DNA of 64,000 nucleotides from a virus (lineage: Duplodnaviria > Caudoviricetes), in IMG/VR virus record IMGVR_UViG_3300049988_000286, positions 96,001 through 160,000 of that record; one strand, 5' to 3'. The translations under genes were made by a program, and so were the position numbers. Positions 27,290 through 37,989 of this stretch are shown here, piece by piece. The notes below the pieces were generated by a model. That model made no database searches and was not told where the DNA came from. It saw only the letters and a program-made list of their open reading frames with translations. Position 1 is the stretch's first letter, and each line of letters begins with the position of its first letter.

Positions 27290-27493
27290 TCAAGCGAAAG
27301 GCCATGGGACGGGGAACGTAACGGTAACGACGATTGCCGCCGTGATGCACAGCACATTCACAACGATCGCGGCGAAGAGATTTTCCCTTTGCACGTCTCG
27401 GTCGCATTTCTTCCATGTCGCGTATGCAACTGCGACAAGAAAACAGTAGAAGGCGAGCAGCACTACCGCGCACGCCAGCCATGCGAAGATCAC
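27290..27493 (-). CDS. small membrane protein (2 TM)
   Basis: Two hydrophobic segments. Confidence 0.6.
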   Translation of the reverse strand: MIFAWLACAVVLLAFYCFLVAVAYATWKKCDRDVQRENLFAAIVVNVLCITAAIVVTVTFPVPWPFA

Positions 27494-28365
27494 ACCGCCA
27501 CCCGATCAAAGCCCTTGAGCGTCTCCGCCCGCACCCGCTCACCGAGATCGCGATCATGGAAGCGACGCATCGAGATCGTCCGGTGGTTTGCGAAAGGCAC
27601 CATGGGCATCGTAAAGCCATCGGCGATCCCGGCCTCGATCGCATCAAGGGCCTCGTCCTTCGTCCAGCTATAGATGCCGGAGGCGGGGTTGCGAACCTCC
27701 GTGGTGCGACCCACGGATTCCGCATAACCGGTCTCCTCCGCGATGCTGCTGAACACCAGCGGCTCACCGTGCGCCTCGCGCCAGACGTTGCCCCGCGACT
27801 CCAAGGTTAGCGATTCCAAACCGCGCGAGGTCGAGTAAGCGGATTGACCCGTCACCAGATCATACGCGGAGAGGTTGTAACAGTCGGCCTTCTGCGGACC
27901 CCAGCCACCATAACTGATGCCCTGAACGATAAAGTATTCCCGGCGCTCGCCCGCAACTGTGACGCGATCCCCTTCCCAGAACGGCGTGTCGGGGAGATCG
28001 CCGATTCGGACGGAATTGCGGAAATAATCACCGCGCGCAATCGTGCACTTGATCTCGTGATTGATCCACTCATCACGACGCTGCTGCTCGGTAATGGGAT
28101 CGGCGAAGTTGATGTAATTGTTCCAGCCCTGCACGTCCTCGTCCGCGCCATCGAAGCGCAAGATCGAGGTGCCGTCCTGTTCGTAGATGCCGGGCTCGCG
28201 GAATGCGCGACCCACGCCGGTGCGCGACTCATGGCGAATGAACCGCGTCTTGCCTACGATCGTGCCGACCGCACCATCGTCGGGGACACCTCGGCCATGC
28301 CAGCCACGCGTCTCCCGATCCATGTTGAAGACGATCCGGTCACCGATGCGAGCATTGTCGAGCAT
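27490..28365 (-). CDS. hypothetical protein (291 aa)
   Basis: RBS AGGAGA; TTGACA-N18-TATAGG upstream. Confidence 0.7.
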   Translation of the reverse strand: MLDNARIGDRIVFNMDRETRGWHGRGVPDDGAVGTIVGKTRFIRHESRTGVGRAFREPGIYEQDGTSILRFDGADEDVQGWNNYINFADPITEQQRRDEWINHEIKCTIARGDYFRNSVRIGDLPDTPFWEGDRVTVAGERREYFIVQGISYGGWGPQKADCYNLSAYDLVTGQSAYSTSRGLESLTLESRGNVWREAHGEPLVFSSIAEETGYAESVGRTTEVRNPASGIYSWTKDEALDAIEAGIADGFTMPMVPFANHRTISMRRFHDRDLGERVRAETLKGFDRVAV

Positions 28366-28427
28366 GTTGATCTCCTTGCGCCGCCTATACGATTAATCAC
28401 CACGAACTGTCAACGCCTAAATATCGC

Positions 28428-29177
28428 ATGAGCGTATTCCAAGGACCGGGCCGGGGTGGCGCGGGCACACCGAGTAGTGGTGGCCCGGATGCTGTCGAGG
28501 GCATCAATCTCGACATGGAGGAAATGTCGCAGACCGAGCGGATGAACTACCTCACGGCTCGGCTGGGCAGCGCCGACATGGCAGCCGCCTACCTGCGATC
28601 CAGTGTTGGTGCTGATCCCGCCGTGGAGGGGGAGGCCGTGTCTGGAATTGATCAGACATCGAAGGTGGTGGGTTGTCAGGAATTCAACGACTCCACCCCA
28701 TTATCGACCCGCATCTCCAAACACTATAGTCTCGCGATGTTGAGCAGCAACACCGCTTACTCCCGCTACCCGATCGTCCCCCATTCCGGCTTGAGCAAGG
28801 CCGCGATCATGTGCAATCTCAAGCACCTCGCGGTCAATTCCCTCGATATGATCCGTGACTGGCATCCCGCCGCCAAAGTTGGCTCGGGATTCCGCTCCAA
28901 CTCCTCCACTGATCACGGCAAGGGAAGCGCTGCCGACCTCTACTTCTACAACAAGGGTTCGACGCAGCGGATGAACGTCAAGGGACTGGTTGAGGTAGCC
29001 CGGTATCTCATCCATGATCTCAAGGTGCCCTTTACCCAGATGCTCGTAGAGTCGAGTGGAAACGGCACGGGATGGATACATATCGCCAATCGTCGCGCGG
29101 GGAACAACTCCGCAATGCGGGTTGGCTATTCGCTCAACAACGGCGGCAGCTTCCATCCCGGTCTGCCCAAGCTTTGA
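28428..29177 (+). CDS. peptidase M15-family Zn peptidase (peptidoglycan hydrolase-like)
   Basis: GSGFR...STDHGKGSAAD...GWIH Zn-binding pattern; TAAATA 4 nt upstream. Confidence 0.7.
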   Translation: MSVFQGPGRGGAGTPSSGGPDAVEGINLDMEEMSQTERMNYLTARLGSADMAAAYLRSSVGADPAVEGEAVSGIDQTSKVVGCQEFNDSTPLSTRISKHYSLAMLSSNTAYSRYPIVPHSGLSKAAIMCNLKHLAVNSLDMIRDWHPAAKVGSGFRSNSSTDHGKGSAADLYFYNKGSTQRMNVKGLVEVARYLIHDLKVPFTQMLVESSGNGTGWIHIANRRAGNNSAMRVGYSLNNGGSFHPGLPKL

Positions 29178-29189
29178 TCTAAATAGTCG

Positions 29190-29402
29190 ATGAGAAACTG
29201 GATTGATCTGATGAGCGAGAATGCCCTCACCCCCCATGATGTGATGTTTCGTCGGCATCAGCGTGAAGGTGCGGCCAAGCATCTAGCCGACTATGGCCAA
29301 CAGCTTACTCTCGACGACTTCATGAACATGCGCTACGGGCAGCCCGAAGATGAGGCGCAAGCCGACTACGATCACTTCGTGAGCACTGGTGAGATTCGTT
29401 AA
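29190..29402 (+). CDS. small tagged protein
   Basis: MRNWIDLMSE; TAAATA 4 nt upstream. Confidence 0.65.
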   Translation: MRNWIDLMSENALTPHDVMFRRHQREGAAKHLADYGQQLTLDDFMNMRYGQPEDEAQADYDHFVSTGEIR

Positions 29403-29405
29403 GCC

Positions 29406-29792
29406 ATGCTGCTACGAGACCTCATGGAACGCCGCGATACCACAACCGACTGGGGGTATTGGATCACACCGTTGGGTGCCTATTACCCCGTAGGTTCGCA
29501 CGGTCACGAAGCCTATATTCGCAAAGAAGAAGGTATGACCTCCGGTCAGGCGATGATCCGGGGCTGGGTCCGAGTGGTGACCGCCAACATGTTTCAGGTC
29601 GAGGCGTGCTTTGATCTCCTGTCATCGCGTGCCAAGGCGACGATGGTCCGGCTAGCCCGTCAGGGCGACTATCATCAGTTCGTCGCTGACGTTTATCGCG
29701 ATGACGGGCAGTATAGCGTCAACCGCTACGCGATCCTGCACGATTTTCTGCGCGGGATCGAGGCATTGTCTCACGCTAGCGAGACGGTCTGA
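29406..29792 (+). CDS. small tagged protein
   Basis: MLLRDLMER; 3 nt after the previous stop. Confidence 0.65.
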   Translation: MLLRDLMERRDTTTDWGYWITPLGAYYPVGSHGHEAYIRKEEGMTSGQAMIRGWVRVVTANMFQVEACFDLLSSRAKATMVRLARQGDYHQFVADVYRDDGQYSVNRYAILHDFLRGIEALSHASETV

Positions 29793-30133
29793 TCCCTCCG
29801 CGCCACTCGCGCGTGATCATTGGGAATCTTGATCTCTTTGTCGCCGGGGTTGGCGCGGTGATAGGCGTGAATGGCATAACCATCGATGACCCATCCCTGC
29901 CGCTCAATCTCCGCCAAGACATCCAGCCCGCCATCATCGATGAGGATGAACCAGAGGGGGTTGCTGCCGTACCACTGCTCCGATAGCGGTGTGACGATGT
30001 AGCTGCCACCAGCGCGGTAAGTCTGGTCGCTGAAATTGTCGTTGAGCCACGCGAGGAACTCGGGCTTGCGATCGATCGACGGGTTGCCGGGAATGCGTTC
30101 AAAACATAGACGGATCATAGGAGGGCCTTTCAT
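29771..30133 (-). CDS. hypothetical protein
   Basis: FLAWLNDNFS motif. Confidence 0.55.
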   Translation of the reverse strand: MKGPPMIRLCFERIPGNPSIDRKPEFLAWLNDNFSDQTYRAGGSYIVTPLSEQWYGSNPLWFILIDDGGLDVLAEIERQGWVIDGYAIHAYHRANPGDKEIKIPNDHARVARRDQTVSLA

Positions 30134-30172
30134 AGACGGTCACCTTACTGGCTCGGTGGATCGAATCTCAAC

Positions 30173-30493
30173 TTGTTTTTTCCGCGCGAACTGCTACACG
30201 GAGGTATGGCGAAGAGCGTAGAGATCGAGGTTGAGAAGACGGGGCAGCAGGCCTGTGACCTCATGGCGTGGTGCCGCGAGAACTCCATACCCGCGCTGGT
30301 GTGCTGGCTTGAAATGGTCGGCGATGGTGAGAACTCGATCAAACAGAACCTCTTCATCGGAACGCGCAGCTACAAGGAGCGGGCGATGGCTCACGCGATG
30401 GCTCACGACGCGTTAGAGTATAAAGACCCGCTGATCTTTTTCATTCGAGTCCGTGAACGCGACGCGACCCTCTTCTCTCTGCGAGCGCTTTAA
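30173..30493 (+). CDS. small protein, tandem paralog A
   Basis: WCRENSIPALVC...FFIRVRERDATLFSLRA. Confidence 0.65.
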   Translation: MFFPRELLHGGMAKSVEIEVEKTGQQACDLMAWCRENSIPALVCWLEMVGDGENSIKQNLFIGTRSYKERAMAHAMAHDALEYKDPLIFFIRVRERDATLFSLRAL

Positions 30494-30777
30494 TGATGAA
30501 GAACCGACAAATCGAATTGGAAAAGAGCCCGCTTGAAATGTGCGCTCTGATGCTGTGGTGTCGCGAAAACGGCATCCCGGCCCTTGTCTGTTTCGTTACC
30601 GTGACTACCCCTGACCTCGGTTACACGTGGAAGGATGTGAATAACTTTGTCGGCACACGAAAATATCTGGAAGCCGGGCACCTCCTAACTGATCCTTTGG
30701 AGGACAATCAATCGCACCCGTTCTTCGTGCGCGTCCGCGATCGTGACCGATCGCTCTTTCTGGTCCGCGCTCGCTAA
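30493..30777 (+). CDS. small protein, tandem paralog B
   Basis: WCRENGIPALVC...FFVRVRDRDRSLFLVRA. Confidence 0.65.
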   Translation: MMKNRQIELEKSPLEMCALMLWCRENGIPALVCFVTVTTPDLGYTWKDVNNFVGTRKYLEAGHLLTDPLEDNQSHPFFVRVRDRDRSLFLVRAR

Positions 30778-31018
30778 TATGGCGGTGAGACCGCGCCGGG
30801 AGTATCATTGCCGTTCAACTATTTGAGGCTTTGATATGATCTCCACCCTTCTGACTGTCCTTATTGTCGTGCTCGTTGCGGCACTGATATGCTGGCTCCT
30901 CTTCCTTGGTGTTGATCGCACCGGCATCCCCTATCCCTTCAACGTCGTGGCCAAGGTAGTGGTATTCATCGCCGCGCTGGTTTTGACTGGACAATATTTC
31001 CACATCCTGTAAGGCAAA

Positions 31019-31390
31019 GTGATGAGCGACACCAAATACATCATGCGCCATGGCATCTTTGTCATCTTCTCGAAGTATCTCGGTGTCGAGCATCAGCAGA
31101 TGGCCCGCATGGTCTGGCGGGACGGTGAGGTCACCAGTGCGGGCTTCGCCCTTCATGGCTACGGCGAATTCCAGTGCTATGGTCGGAGCATCTCGACCGG
31201 GAAGCGCTCCGCCCCGGAGGATGAGGGCCTGATCGCCAAGGCGTTCGAGGACGGCAAGATGGTGATGTGCTACCTCGACATGCCGTCCGTTGACGGCTGG
31301 GTGGCGACTAACGATCCCTCGCTCTTCCCCGGAGCGACGCAGCGAGCCGCCACCGAGTCGCTCCTCCACGATCTCAAGATTTTCTCGTGA
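31019..31390 (+). CDS. hypothetical protein
   Basis: ORF with GC3 bias; VTSAGF motif. Confidence 0.65.
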   Translation: MMSDTKYIMRHGIFVIFSKYLGVEHQQMARMVWRDGEVTSAGFALHGYGEFQCYGRSISTGKRSAPEDEGLIAKAFEDGKMVMCYLDMPSVDGWVATNDPSLFPGATQRAATESLLHDLKIFS

Positions 31391-31839
31391 TCGTCGCCCG
31401 CGCCGCGCCGGGGCGGCTCGTCAAGGCGAAGAAGCGTCCCTTCAACCTCGGCTTCGCAGTGGTGGAACTCGACAGCGGCGAGACGATCAAAGTCGAAGGG
31501 GTGAGATTCCCCCAAGACGAACACTATCACCGTCCGGAGGGATCGCGAGTTCATCTAGTCGATTCTGCCCGCAAGCACGCCTTCTTGGGTTATACGGGCA
31601 TCCTTTCGTTCAATTGGGCAAAGCGTCGCCTCTGCGTGCCAGCACCGCACTTCCACGTCGTCTCCGATCATAGCGAGCCGTTGCTCGGCACCATGCCGGA
31701 TGCGGTGAAGAACTACGGTAGTCGGTTTTGCACCATGGAATCGATCATCGAGGACGAGCACGACCTCATGCTGGTTCAACTCATCGTTGGTGAGACTCGC
31801 ACCAATTGGTCCAGCGAACTGTTGACAGGCTTGGAGTAA
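31387..31839 (+). CDS. hypothetical protein
   Basis: GTGA overlap; IIEDEHDLMLVQL. Confidence 0.6.
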   Translation: MIVARAAPGRLVKAKKRPFNLGFAVVELDSGETIKVEGVRFPQDEHYHRPEGSRVHLVDSARKHAFLGYTGILSFNWAKRRLCVPAPHFHVVSDHSEPLLGTMPDAVKNYGSRFCTMESIIEDEHDLMLVQLIVGETRTNWSSELLTGLE

Positions 31840-31871
31840 TCAATTATTGGGTATCGCAGAGGAGATCACCC

Positions 31872-32555
31872 ATGGTTCGCATCGGCACCACCTTCAACTA
31901 CACCTACGCGGACAGCAAGCCCAAGTGGAAAGTCAAGAGCAAGCGCGGCGCGAGCACGTGGCAGTGCGAAGTCGTCGGTGGTGAGTGGCAGGGCGCGAAG
32001 AAGGTCTTCGGCTCGGAAGAGATCGAGAACGCTCGCCGCGTTGATGCCATCTGGAAGGCGATCGATCGCGAGTCGAAGGACTGGTGGGCGTCGCGCAAGA
32101 TCGGCGAGACCCTCCACTACCACAACGCCTTCGGGCAGTATATTCGCGGCACGGTCATCAATCAGCAGGGGAAGAACATGCTCCTCCCGCTCGCTCTGGT
32201 GGGTTCGTGGGCGGCTCATGATCTGCCTTCGCGAGGGCGCGACGGCGAGGTTCGTCTCTCCTACACGGTGCGCAAGATTCGCGCCGGTGAGGCGTGGCAG
32301 CCCAACGAGGGCTCCGTGTTCGAGTCGCCGTCGTTCTCGCGCCCCATGGGGCCAAACAACAGCTTCGATCCCCGCCGGGCCAATCCCCTCGACATCAGCG
32401 ATCCCGAGCCGCTGACCGGCGATGCCGCCGTGGAGGCCCGGTATGAGCATCTCCGGATGCGCCTTACGGGCATCCTCGGCGACGGTCACCGCGATCCCAA
32501 GGCGGCGCTCACCGAGGCGGCGCGGATGATTGCCGAATTGGGTATTGGCGCGTAA
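31872..32555 (+). CDS. hypothetical protein
   Basis: RBS GGAGA; TTGACA-N17-TATTGG upstream. Confidence 0.7.
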   Translation: MVRIGTTFNYTYADSKPKWKVKSKRGASTWQCEVVGGEWQGAKKVFGSEEIENARRVDAIWKAIDRESKDWWASRKIGETLHYHNAFGQYIRGTVINQQGKNMLLPLALVGSWAAHDLPSRGRDGEVRLSYTVRKIRAGEAWQPNEGSVFESPSFSRPMGPNNSFDPRRANPLDISDPEPLTGDAAVEARYEHLRMRLTGILGDGHRDPKAALTEAARMIAELGIGA

Positions 32556-32596
32556 ACGAACTCGACACTACCGTAATACCTGCTAGGGAGGGTCGT

Positions 32597-33052
32597 ATGA
32601 TCCTGATCACCATCATTTCGACTCTCGTTGCGGTCTTTGCTATCCAGAAATTCACCGTTTGGCTGGTGGTGGGTGTGACCCTTGCCCCATATCCGAGCGA
32701 GACTTGGCTGCATCGGCTTTCCTTTCGCGCATACGAACTATGCGAGCTATTGGGCTGGGCATTACCCGAGAGCGAACGGAGCGAAGTCGAGGGACTGGAT
32801 CGTTATCCCGAAGACGGCAGCGATCCTCGCATACAGTTCATAACCCGCATCGTCGTGCCATCCGAATATGCGCGTGATCAGGTAGTTAAGGCGATCCGCT
32901 ATCTTCACGATAGCGATATCGACACCGAGTACATGGCGGTTAACTGGCTCGTTCATGCATACACGGGCTATGATGGTGAGCCTACCGATTATCCACCTGC
33001 TATCGTGGTAGAGCCGGAGATCGACGGGCCAGATCAGAGGAGCATTTCATGA
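32597..33052 (+). CDS. membrane-anchored hypothetical protein
   Basis: N-terminal hydrophobic segment. Confidence 0.6.
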   Translation: MILITIISTLVAVFAIQKFTVWLVVGVTLAPYPSETWLHRLSFRAYELCELLGWALPESERSEVEGLDRYPEDGSDPRIQFITRIVVPSEYARDQVVKAIRYLHDSDIDTEYMAVNWLVHAYTGYDGEPTDYPPAIVVEPEIDGPDQRSIS

Positions 33053-33978
33053 AACTCATTACCGGCAATTCGAACCCCAGCCTCGCACAGTCGATCGCCC
33101 TCTATCTCGACAAACCGTTGACCAAGGTGGCCGCGCGGCGCTTTGCCGATGACGAAATCTTCGTCGAGATTGAGGAGAACGTGCGGGGCGAGGATGTCTT
33201 CATCATCCAGTCCACGGGCTTCCCCACGAACGACAACCTGATGGAACTCCTCATCATGATCGATGCGCTCAAGCGCGCATCCGCGAAGAGGATCACGGCG
33301 GTGATGCCCTATTACGGCTACGCGAGGCAGGATCGAAAGCCCGGCCCCCGCACACCCATCTCGGCCAAACTGGTCGCCGATCTCATCCACACGGCGGGCG
33401 CTGACCGCGCCCTGTGCGTCGATCTGCACGCCGGGCAGATTCAGGGGTTCTTCGACATCCCGATGGACAACCTCTACGCCGCGCCGGTGATCGCCAGCGA
33501 CGTTCGTGCCCGATACGGCAAGCGCAACCTCATGGTGGTGTCGCCGGATGTGGGTGGTGTCGTTCGTGCCCGAGCACTCTCAACTCGCCTCGACCACGCG
33601 CCGCTCGCTATCGTGGACAAGCGCCGCGAGCGTGCGGGTGTCTCGGAAGTCATGAACATCATCGGCGACGTACGGGGGCAATTCTGCGTGTTGATCGATG
33701 ACATCATCGATTCGGCGGGAACGCTATGCAACGCCGCCAAGGCGCTCCGGGAAGCCGGGGCGGAGGGTGTCGTCGCCTATTGCACGCATGGGGTTTTCTC
33801 CGGCGAGGCTATCGCGCGCATCGATGCTTCGGACTTCCTCGAAGTCGTGGTGACCGATACCCTGATGCCCCGTGGCGGCGACGGATCGAAGGTGCGTCGC
33901 ATGACGATTGCACCGCTACTCGGGGAGGCGATCAAGCGGATCAGTGACGAGACCTCCGTTTCATCGTTGTTCGACTGA
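33049..33978 (+). CDS. prs: ribose-phosphate pyrophosphokinase
   Basis: [50 protein letters not shown]. Confidence 0.97.
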   Translation: MKLITGNSNPSLAQSIALYLDKPLTKVAARRFADDEIFVEIEENVRGEDVFIIQSTGFPTNDNLMELLIMIDALKRASAKRITAVMPYYGYARQDRKPGPRTPISAKLVADLIHTAGADRALCVDLHAGQIQGFFDIPMDNLYAAPVIASDVRARYGKRNLMVVSPDVGGVVRARALSTRLDHAPLAIVDKRRERAGVSEVMNIIGDVRGQFCVLIDDIIDSAGTLCNAAKALREAGAEGVVAYCTHGVFSGEAIARIDASDFLEVVVTDTLMPRGGDGSKVRRMTIAPLLGEAIKRISDETSVSSLFD

Positions 33979-34305
33979 TGCACACTGTCGATATGATGAG
34001 GGTAGCGGCGAGCATTGACTCGATTAAAGAGCTATCCAGACTGGCAGACATCTTGGTTCGCCGGATGAACGAAGTCTCTGATTTAACCGGACACGATTGT
34101 GTTTACGAGCTTCAGAGTTTATCGAGGATTAGATCATGGAAGAAGTAGAACGCATCGCTCGCCTCCTCTGTCGCGATAAGGGCATCGATCCAGATGGTCG
34201 TGGCTACGCGATGACCAAGCAGACCGAGCAGCGGCTAGGTAAGGAATACCCGCTATGGCGCTATCAGGCCATGTCGGTTGAACTCGTCCTGCGCGAGCAT
34301 CAGTC

Positions 34306-34515
34306 GTGAGCATCGCGCAGAAGATCGCCGCAACACCCGAGCACGGCTACACAGTCGTGTCACTTTCGGGCGACCGCGCGAAAATGTATCGGTTCCGGGG
34401 CCTCGCCCTTACGATGCGCGAGGATGGTATCCATGTGCCTATCTTCTTCTCCGCCGGGGTGCTGACTATCCACTTCCCCACCAGCGACATCGACAACTAC
34501 GAGGTCTTTGCCTGA
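34306..34515 (+). CDS. hypothetical protein
   Basis: 69-aa ORF overlapping an upstream small ORF. Confidence 0.5.
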   Translation: MSIAQKIAATPEHGYTVVSLSGDRAKMYRFRGLALTMREDGIHVPIFFSAGVLTIHFPTSDIDNYEVFA

Positions 34516-34905
34516 TCAGGAGTAGTACCGCACCATGATGGACCAATCTCTCTCCTGCTTGGCAATCATCGTGGAATGGAGATAGCCGATCTGGTCTGGG
34601 AGATTGTCCGCAACGAGACCGACGAAATCGTTGAAGTCCTCGGTGTTGAGCGCCACGGTATCCTCGACAGTGATGAGGAAGGAGATGCTCGACGACTTGG
34701 TGCTGATGTGGGCGGGGTCTAGGCGGTTCTGCGCCCGCAGGAGATCAAACAGCGCGTCGCGGAGGCGTAGTTCGAAAAACTTGTCCTCTGGTCCAGTGCG
34801 GAGAACATCCCGATCAAGGGTTTCGAAAAGGGCGCGGAGGTCAGCTTTGCGGGCCTCGTCCGCTTTGTTTGCTCGGATAACCGAGAGATCAACGACGTTG
34901 CTCAT
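34516..34905 (-). CDS. hypothetical protein
   Basis: TAAATA 4 nt upstream of ATG. Confidence 0.65.
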   Translation of the reverse strand: MSNVVDLSVIRANKADEARKADLRALFETLDRDVLRTGPEDKFFELRLRDALFDLLRAQNRLDPAHISTKSSSISFLITVEDTVALNTEDFNDFVGLVADNLPDQIGYLHSTMIAKQERDWSIMVRYYS

Positions 34906-35181
34906 GTGGTATTTAGTGTAGAGTTATTACCGATCTTCGTGATATATTGCTGGAATGATAACTCCGATAGTTGATCTTTATGCGACGTGTTGGTTGCCGG
35001 GCGATCAACACTTACCAGAACCGTGGTTCAAGACTCATTGTTGGTGGCAAGATGAAGCCGTGGGCTGGATGAAGCGCCTTGATGGTCTGACGGAAACCGA
35101 GAAAAATAAAGCGATGGGCTTGTTCTCGCTTGCGTGCGACCGTTTAATCTTGGCAGCGCCGCGACTTGATGGCATAAACCC

Positions 35182-35997
35182 GTGATGCACTTCATCGTAA
35201 ACACGAATCTACAACGCGAGGGCGGCTACTACGCTCTGATCGAACAATTGGAGCGGCAGGGCGTGGGATACACGCTCGTCCGCAAGCCGCCATTCGCGGA
35301 TTACCTTGTGGCGATGGAGGACGACTTTGACGCAGATGGGCACCAGAAACCCATTATGCTTGAAGGGATCGACGGACCGGTGTTCGTCACCGGCACCACT
35401 TCGATGAAGGCGGTGAGCGAGGCTCATGGGTGGCAACCCGGCTACATCGACGCGCCATCGCAGGACGAGTGCTTCGCGGCATGGGACACCCACATGCTCA
35501 ACCGAGATGCCGTCTTTGGGACGATCGCGGATATCGTGCCGCCGGAGGGTGAGTTCTTCATCCGCCCCGACCTCGATAGCAAGGCCTTCTCGGGCACCAC
35601 GATGCACGCGTCGGCATTCGAGGATTGGCGTCGCGACATCATGACGATCGACACTTGGACAACAGTGCCGCGTGATCTGCGGGTTATGATTGCGCCGCTG
35701 AAAACCATTTGGGCAGAGTATCGGTGCATCATGGTGCGGGGCCGCTACGTGACGGGATCGCGCTACAAGACAGGCGAGACGGTGGCGTACAGTCCCGATG
35801 TCGGTGACCGGATCATCCGCTACGCGAATGAGCGAGTGGCAGAATGGTGCCCCCGTGTCGCTATGTGCCTTGATATCGCCGACACGCCGGAAGGGTTGAA
35901 GGTCATTGAGACCAACGCGATATCGTCGGCGGGCTTCTACTCGATCGACATGAACATCTTTGTTGGTGAGATCGCCGCGCTGGGAGAATACTCGTGA
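35182..35997 (+). CDS. ATP-grasp protein (R2K/DUF4343-like)
   Basis: FFIRPDLDSKAFSG, EYRC, SRYK, LDIA...KVIETN. Confidence 0.8.
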   Translation: MMHFIVNTNLQREGGYYALIEQLERQGVGYTLVRKPPFADYLVAMEDDFDADGHQKPIMLEGIDGPVFVTGTTSMKAVSEAHGWQPGYIDAPSQDECFAAWDTHMLNRDAVFGTIADIVPPEGEFFIRPDLDSKAFSGTTMHASAFEDWRRDIMTIDTWTTVPRDLRVMIAPLKTIWAEYRCIMVRGRYVTGSRYKTGETVAYSPDVGDRIIRYANERVAEWCPRVAMCLDIADTPEGLKVIETNAISSAGFYSIDMNIFVGEIAALGEYS

Positions 35998-36296
35998 GAA
36001 ATTGGTTTGCGATGGCGGGATTACTCACCATCACGGTAGGATTAGGACTCCTCGTCGGATGCGACGTGGACGAGCAACGAGCACGGGCGCGAGTAGGTAA
36101 TCTCACCACGGTTCAACGGCTCATGGGCGATAGTGTAGTGACTTGCGCGGACGGGAATCAGATTCGGACGTTGGTCTATGACTTCGGCGGCAACTCTACT
36201 GCTTTCTCATCCTTCACGATCCTCAACGCTGATGGAACACCGAAGCGTTGCGTACGGCGGGAGAGGGCGGTGGAGACCGTTGAGGTGCCGGAGTGA
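35994..36296 (+). CDS. putative lipoprotein
   Basis: Lipobox LLVG-C after a hydrophobic leader. Confidence 0.55.
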   Translation: MRNWFAMAGLLTITVGLGLLVGCDVDEQRARARVGNLTTVQRLMGDSVVTCADGNQIRTLVYDFGGNSTAFSSFTILNADGTPKRCVRRERAVETVEVPE

Positions 36297-36610
36297 GCCG
36301 CCCTTACACGGAAGAAGAGTCTGTTGAGGCGCTCCTCTCCCATATCGCGGCACTGGCTCATTTCTGGGGCACGACGGAGGGCAGGGATGGCCCGAAAACG
36401 CCACTGGAACGCTGCAACGGTTTGGCGTTCTCGATCTTGTCGATGATTGATGGCTCCACGCTTGATCTTCCCGCGATCGATCTCTCCATGTCTCCGCACC
36501 CCGACGATCGCGCCTACCATGTTGATAATGACGAAAACTATTGGCAACCCGGTGTGTTCAACAACGAGATGCTCCACGAGCGCTGGCACGCGATTGAGCG
36601 CAAGTCATGA
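36293..36610 (+). CDS. hypothetical protein
   Basis: GLAFSILSMIDG...LP.IDL motif; GTGA overlap. Confidence 0.65.
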   Translation: MSRPYTEEESVEALLSHIAALAHFWGTTEGRDGPKTPLERCNGLAFSILSMIDGSTLDLPAIDLSMSPHPDDRAYHVDNDENYWQPGVFNNEMLHERWHAIERKS

Positions 36611-36951
36611 CCGACTACGAGGCTCTGTTCTGGCAACACCACGATACCGCAATGGATGTGCGAGAAGCCGTCTCGCGCGCCATTGAGATGATGCAGGACG
36701 AGGGCTTCGATCCCGCCGTTGATCGTCGAATCGAGGATGCCCAACAGGCAATGATCGATACGCAGCCGAGTTGGGGTTGGCGACTGGCTCGCGTCTGGTC
36801 CGCCCTTGGTGTTGATTTCGGTGATGCCGACAGTTTCGACTGGTCGATGCAGCGTGAGTTTATCCGGTTGTTCATGCACGATGAGGGTGCTAGACGGGCA
36901 ATCCAAGAACGCGATTGTTCATATCCTGCATTGGGTGAAGTGATCCGATGA
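36607..36951 (+). CDS. hypothetical protein
   Basis: ATGA overlap in an operon. Confidence 0.6.
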   Translation: MTDYEALFWQHHDTAMDVREAVSRAIEMMQDEGFDPAVDRRIEDAQQAMIDTQPSWGWRLARVWSALGVDFGDADSFDWSMQREFIRLFMHDEGARRAIQERDCSYPALGEVIR

Positions 36952-37185
36952 CGATCCGCATTACTACCTCATTGGAAACGCAACGCCTTATCGGTAGCGC
37001 TGCTCGGGCTGCCGGGGGATATTTCGCACTCGCGAGGAAAATCGCCGACACGCGCAAACGCGTGATCGATGAGGCGAAGTCGGAACGGAAACAATCATGA
37101 TCTACTATCTCATCTTCTGCACCATGTCGATGTCCGCTGGTGATCAAGTCTGTATCGCGCCGACGCCAACGCCATCCCAGCGAGC

Positions 37186-37560
37186 GTGTCGCTTTATGCT
37201 GCGGGAGTATCTCGCTCTCGCTGGTACAACGATGGGCGGCGAGGCTCGCGCCAAGGGGCGGTGTCTCGGCGTCGTCAAGTGACCTATACGCATTGTTCTC
37301 GCATCCCCTCGTTGTTGTTCGGTGATCTCCCTCCTAGCATCAAGGAAGCGATGTTGCGCAATTCAGTGCGGCTTCCTGATTTGCGATCCGAGTATCAAGC
37401 AAAACTCATGAAAATCATCGACGAGTGGTGCACAGAGCATTGCGCGGGCCTGTTCGTCATCAACTTGAAAATAGGTCGCGTCATGTTCGAGAAGGAAGAC
37501 GATCGCTTCCTCTTCCAGACTGCCACGCCGGGAAAGGATTACAGTGATGATAAACGGTGA
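37186..37560 (+). CDS. small-protein family member (true start probably internal)
   Basis: WCTEHCAG...VMFEKEDDRFLF. Confidence 0.55.
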   Translation: MSLYAAGVSRSRWYNDGRRGSRQGAVSRRRQVTYTHCSRIPSLLFGDLPPSIKEAMLRNSVRLPDLRSEYQAKLMKIIDEWCTEHCAGLFVINLKIGRVMFEKEDDRFLFQTATPGKDYSDDKR

Positions 37561-37924
37561 CACTGAAGTCAAAGTGCGAAGCGAGGGTGACTTTCACCTC
37601 GGACTCGCCCTTGATCTCTGTATGATCTATCATACGGGATCGCGCGACGGTGGCGTGACTCACTGGCGCACCGATGGCGACGTGCTGTATTTCGGATGGC
37701 ACGAATCGATGCAGGGCACGCCCCTTCCCGCGAAGATGAACCGCGATATGCTCGTTCCGCTCATCAACGCTTGGCTGAAGGACGCCGAATACGGTGAGGA
37801 GCCCGACATCGACGGTTCTACGGTCAAGGGTTGGACGATCTCCAACCGGATCAAATACGAGGTCAAGGGGCAGTTCTACATTACCTTCGCGGTCTACCCG
37901 ACATGGCTCGAATACGGGAAATAG
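37544..37924 (+). CDS. hypothetical protein
   Basis: WL....YG.EPDIDGS..KGW motif. Confidence 0.65.
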   Translation: MMINGDTEVKVRSEGDFHLGLALDLCMIYHTGSRDGGVTHWRTDGDVLYFGWHESMQGTPLPAKMNRDMLVPLINAWLKDAEYGEEPDIDGSTVKGWTISNRIKYEVKGQFYITFAVYPTWLEYGK

Positions 37925-37989
37925 CCTAATCGATTTATGTTGCGATCCTGACCGAACTCTCCTATAGGCGGGGGATATCGGAGGATCGT

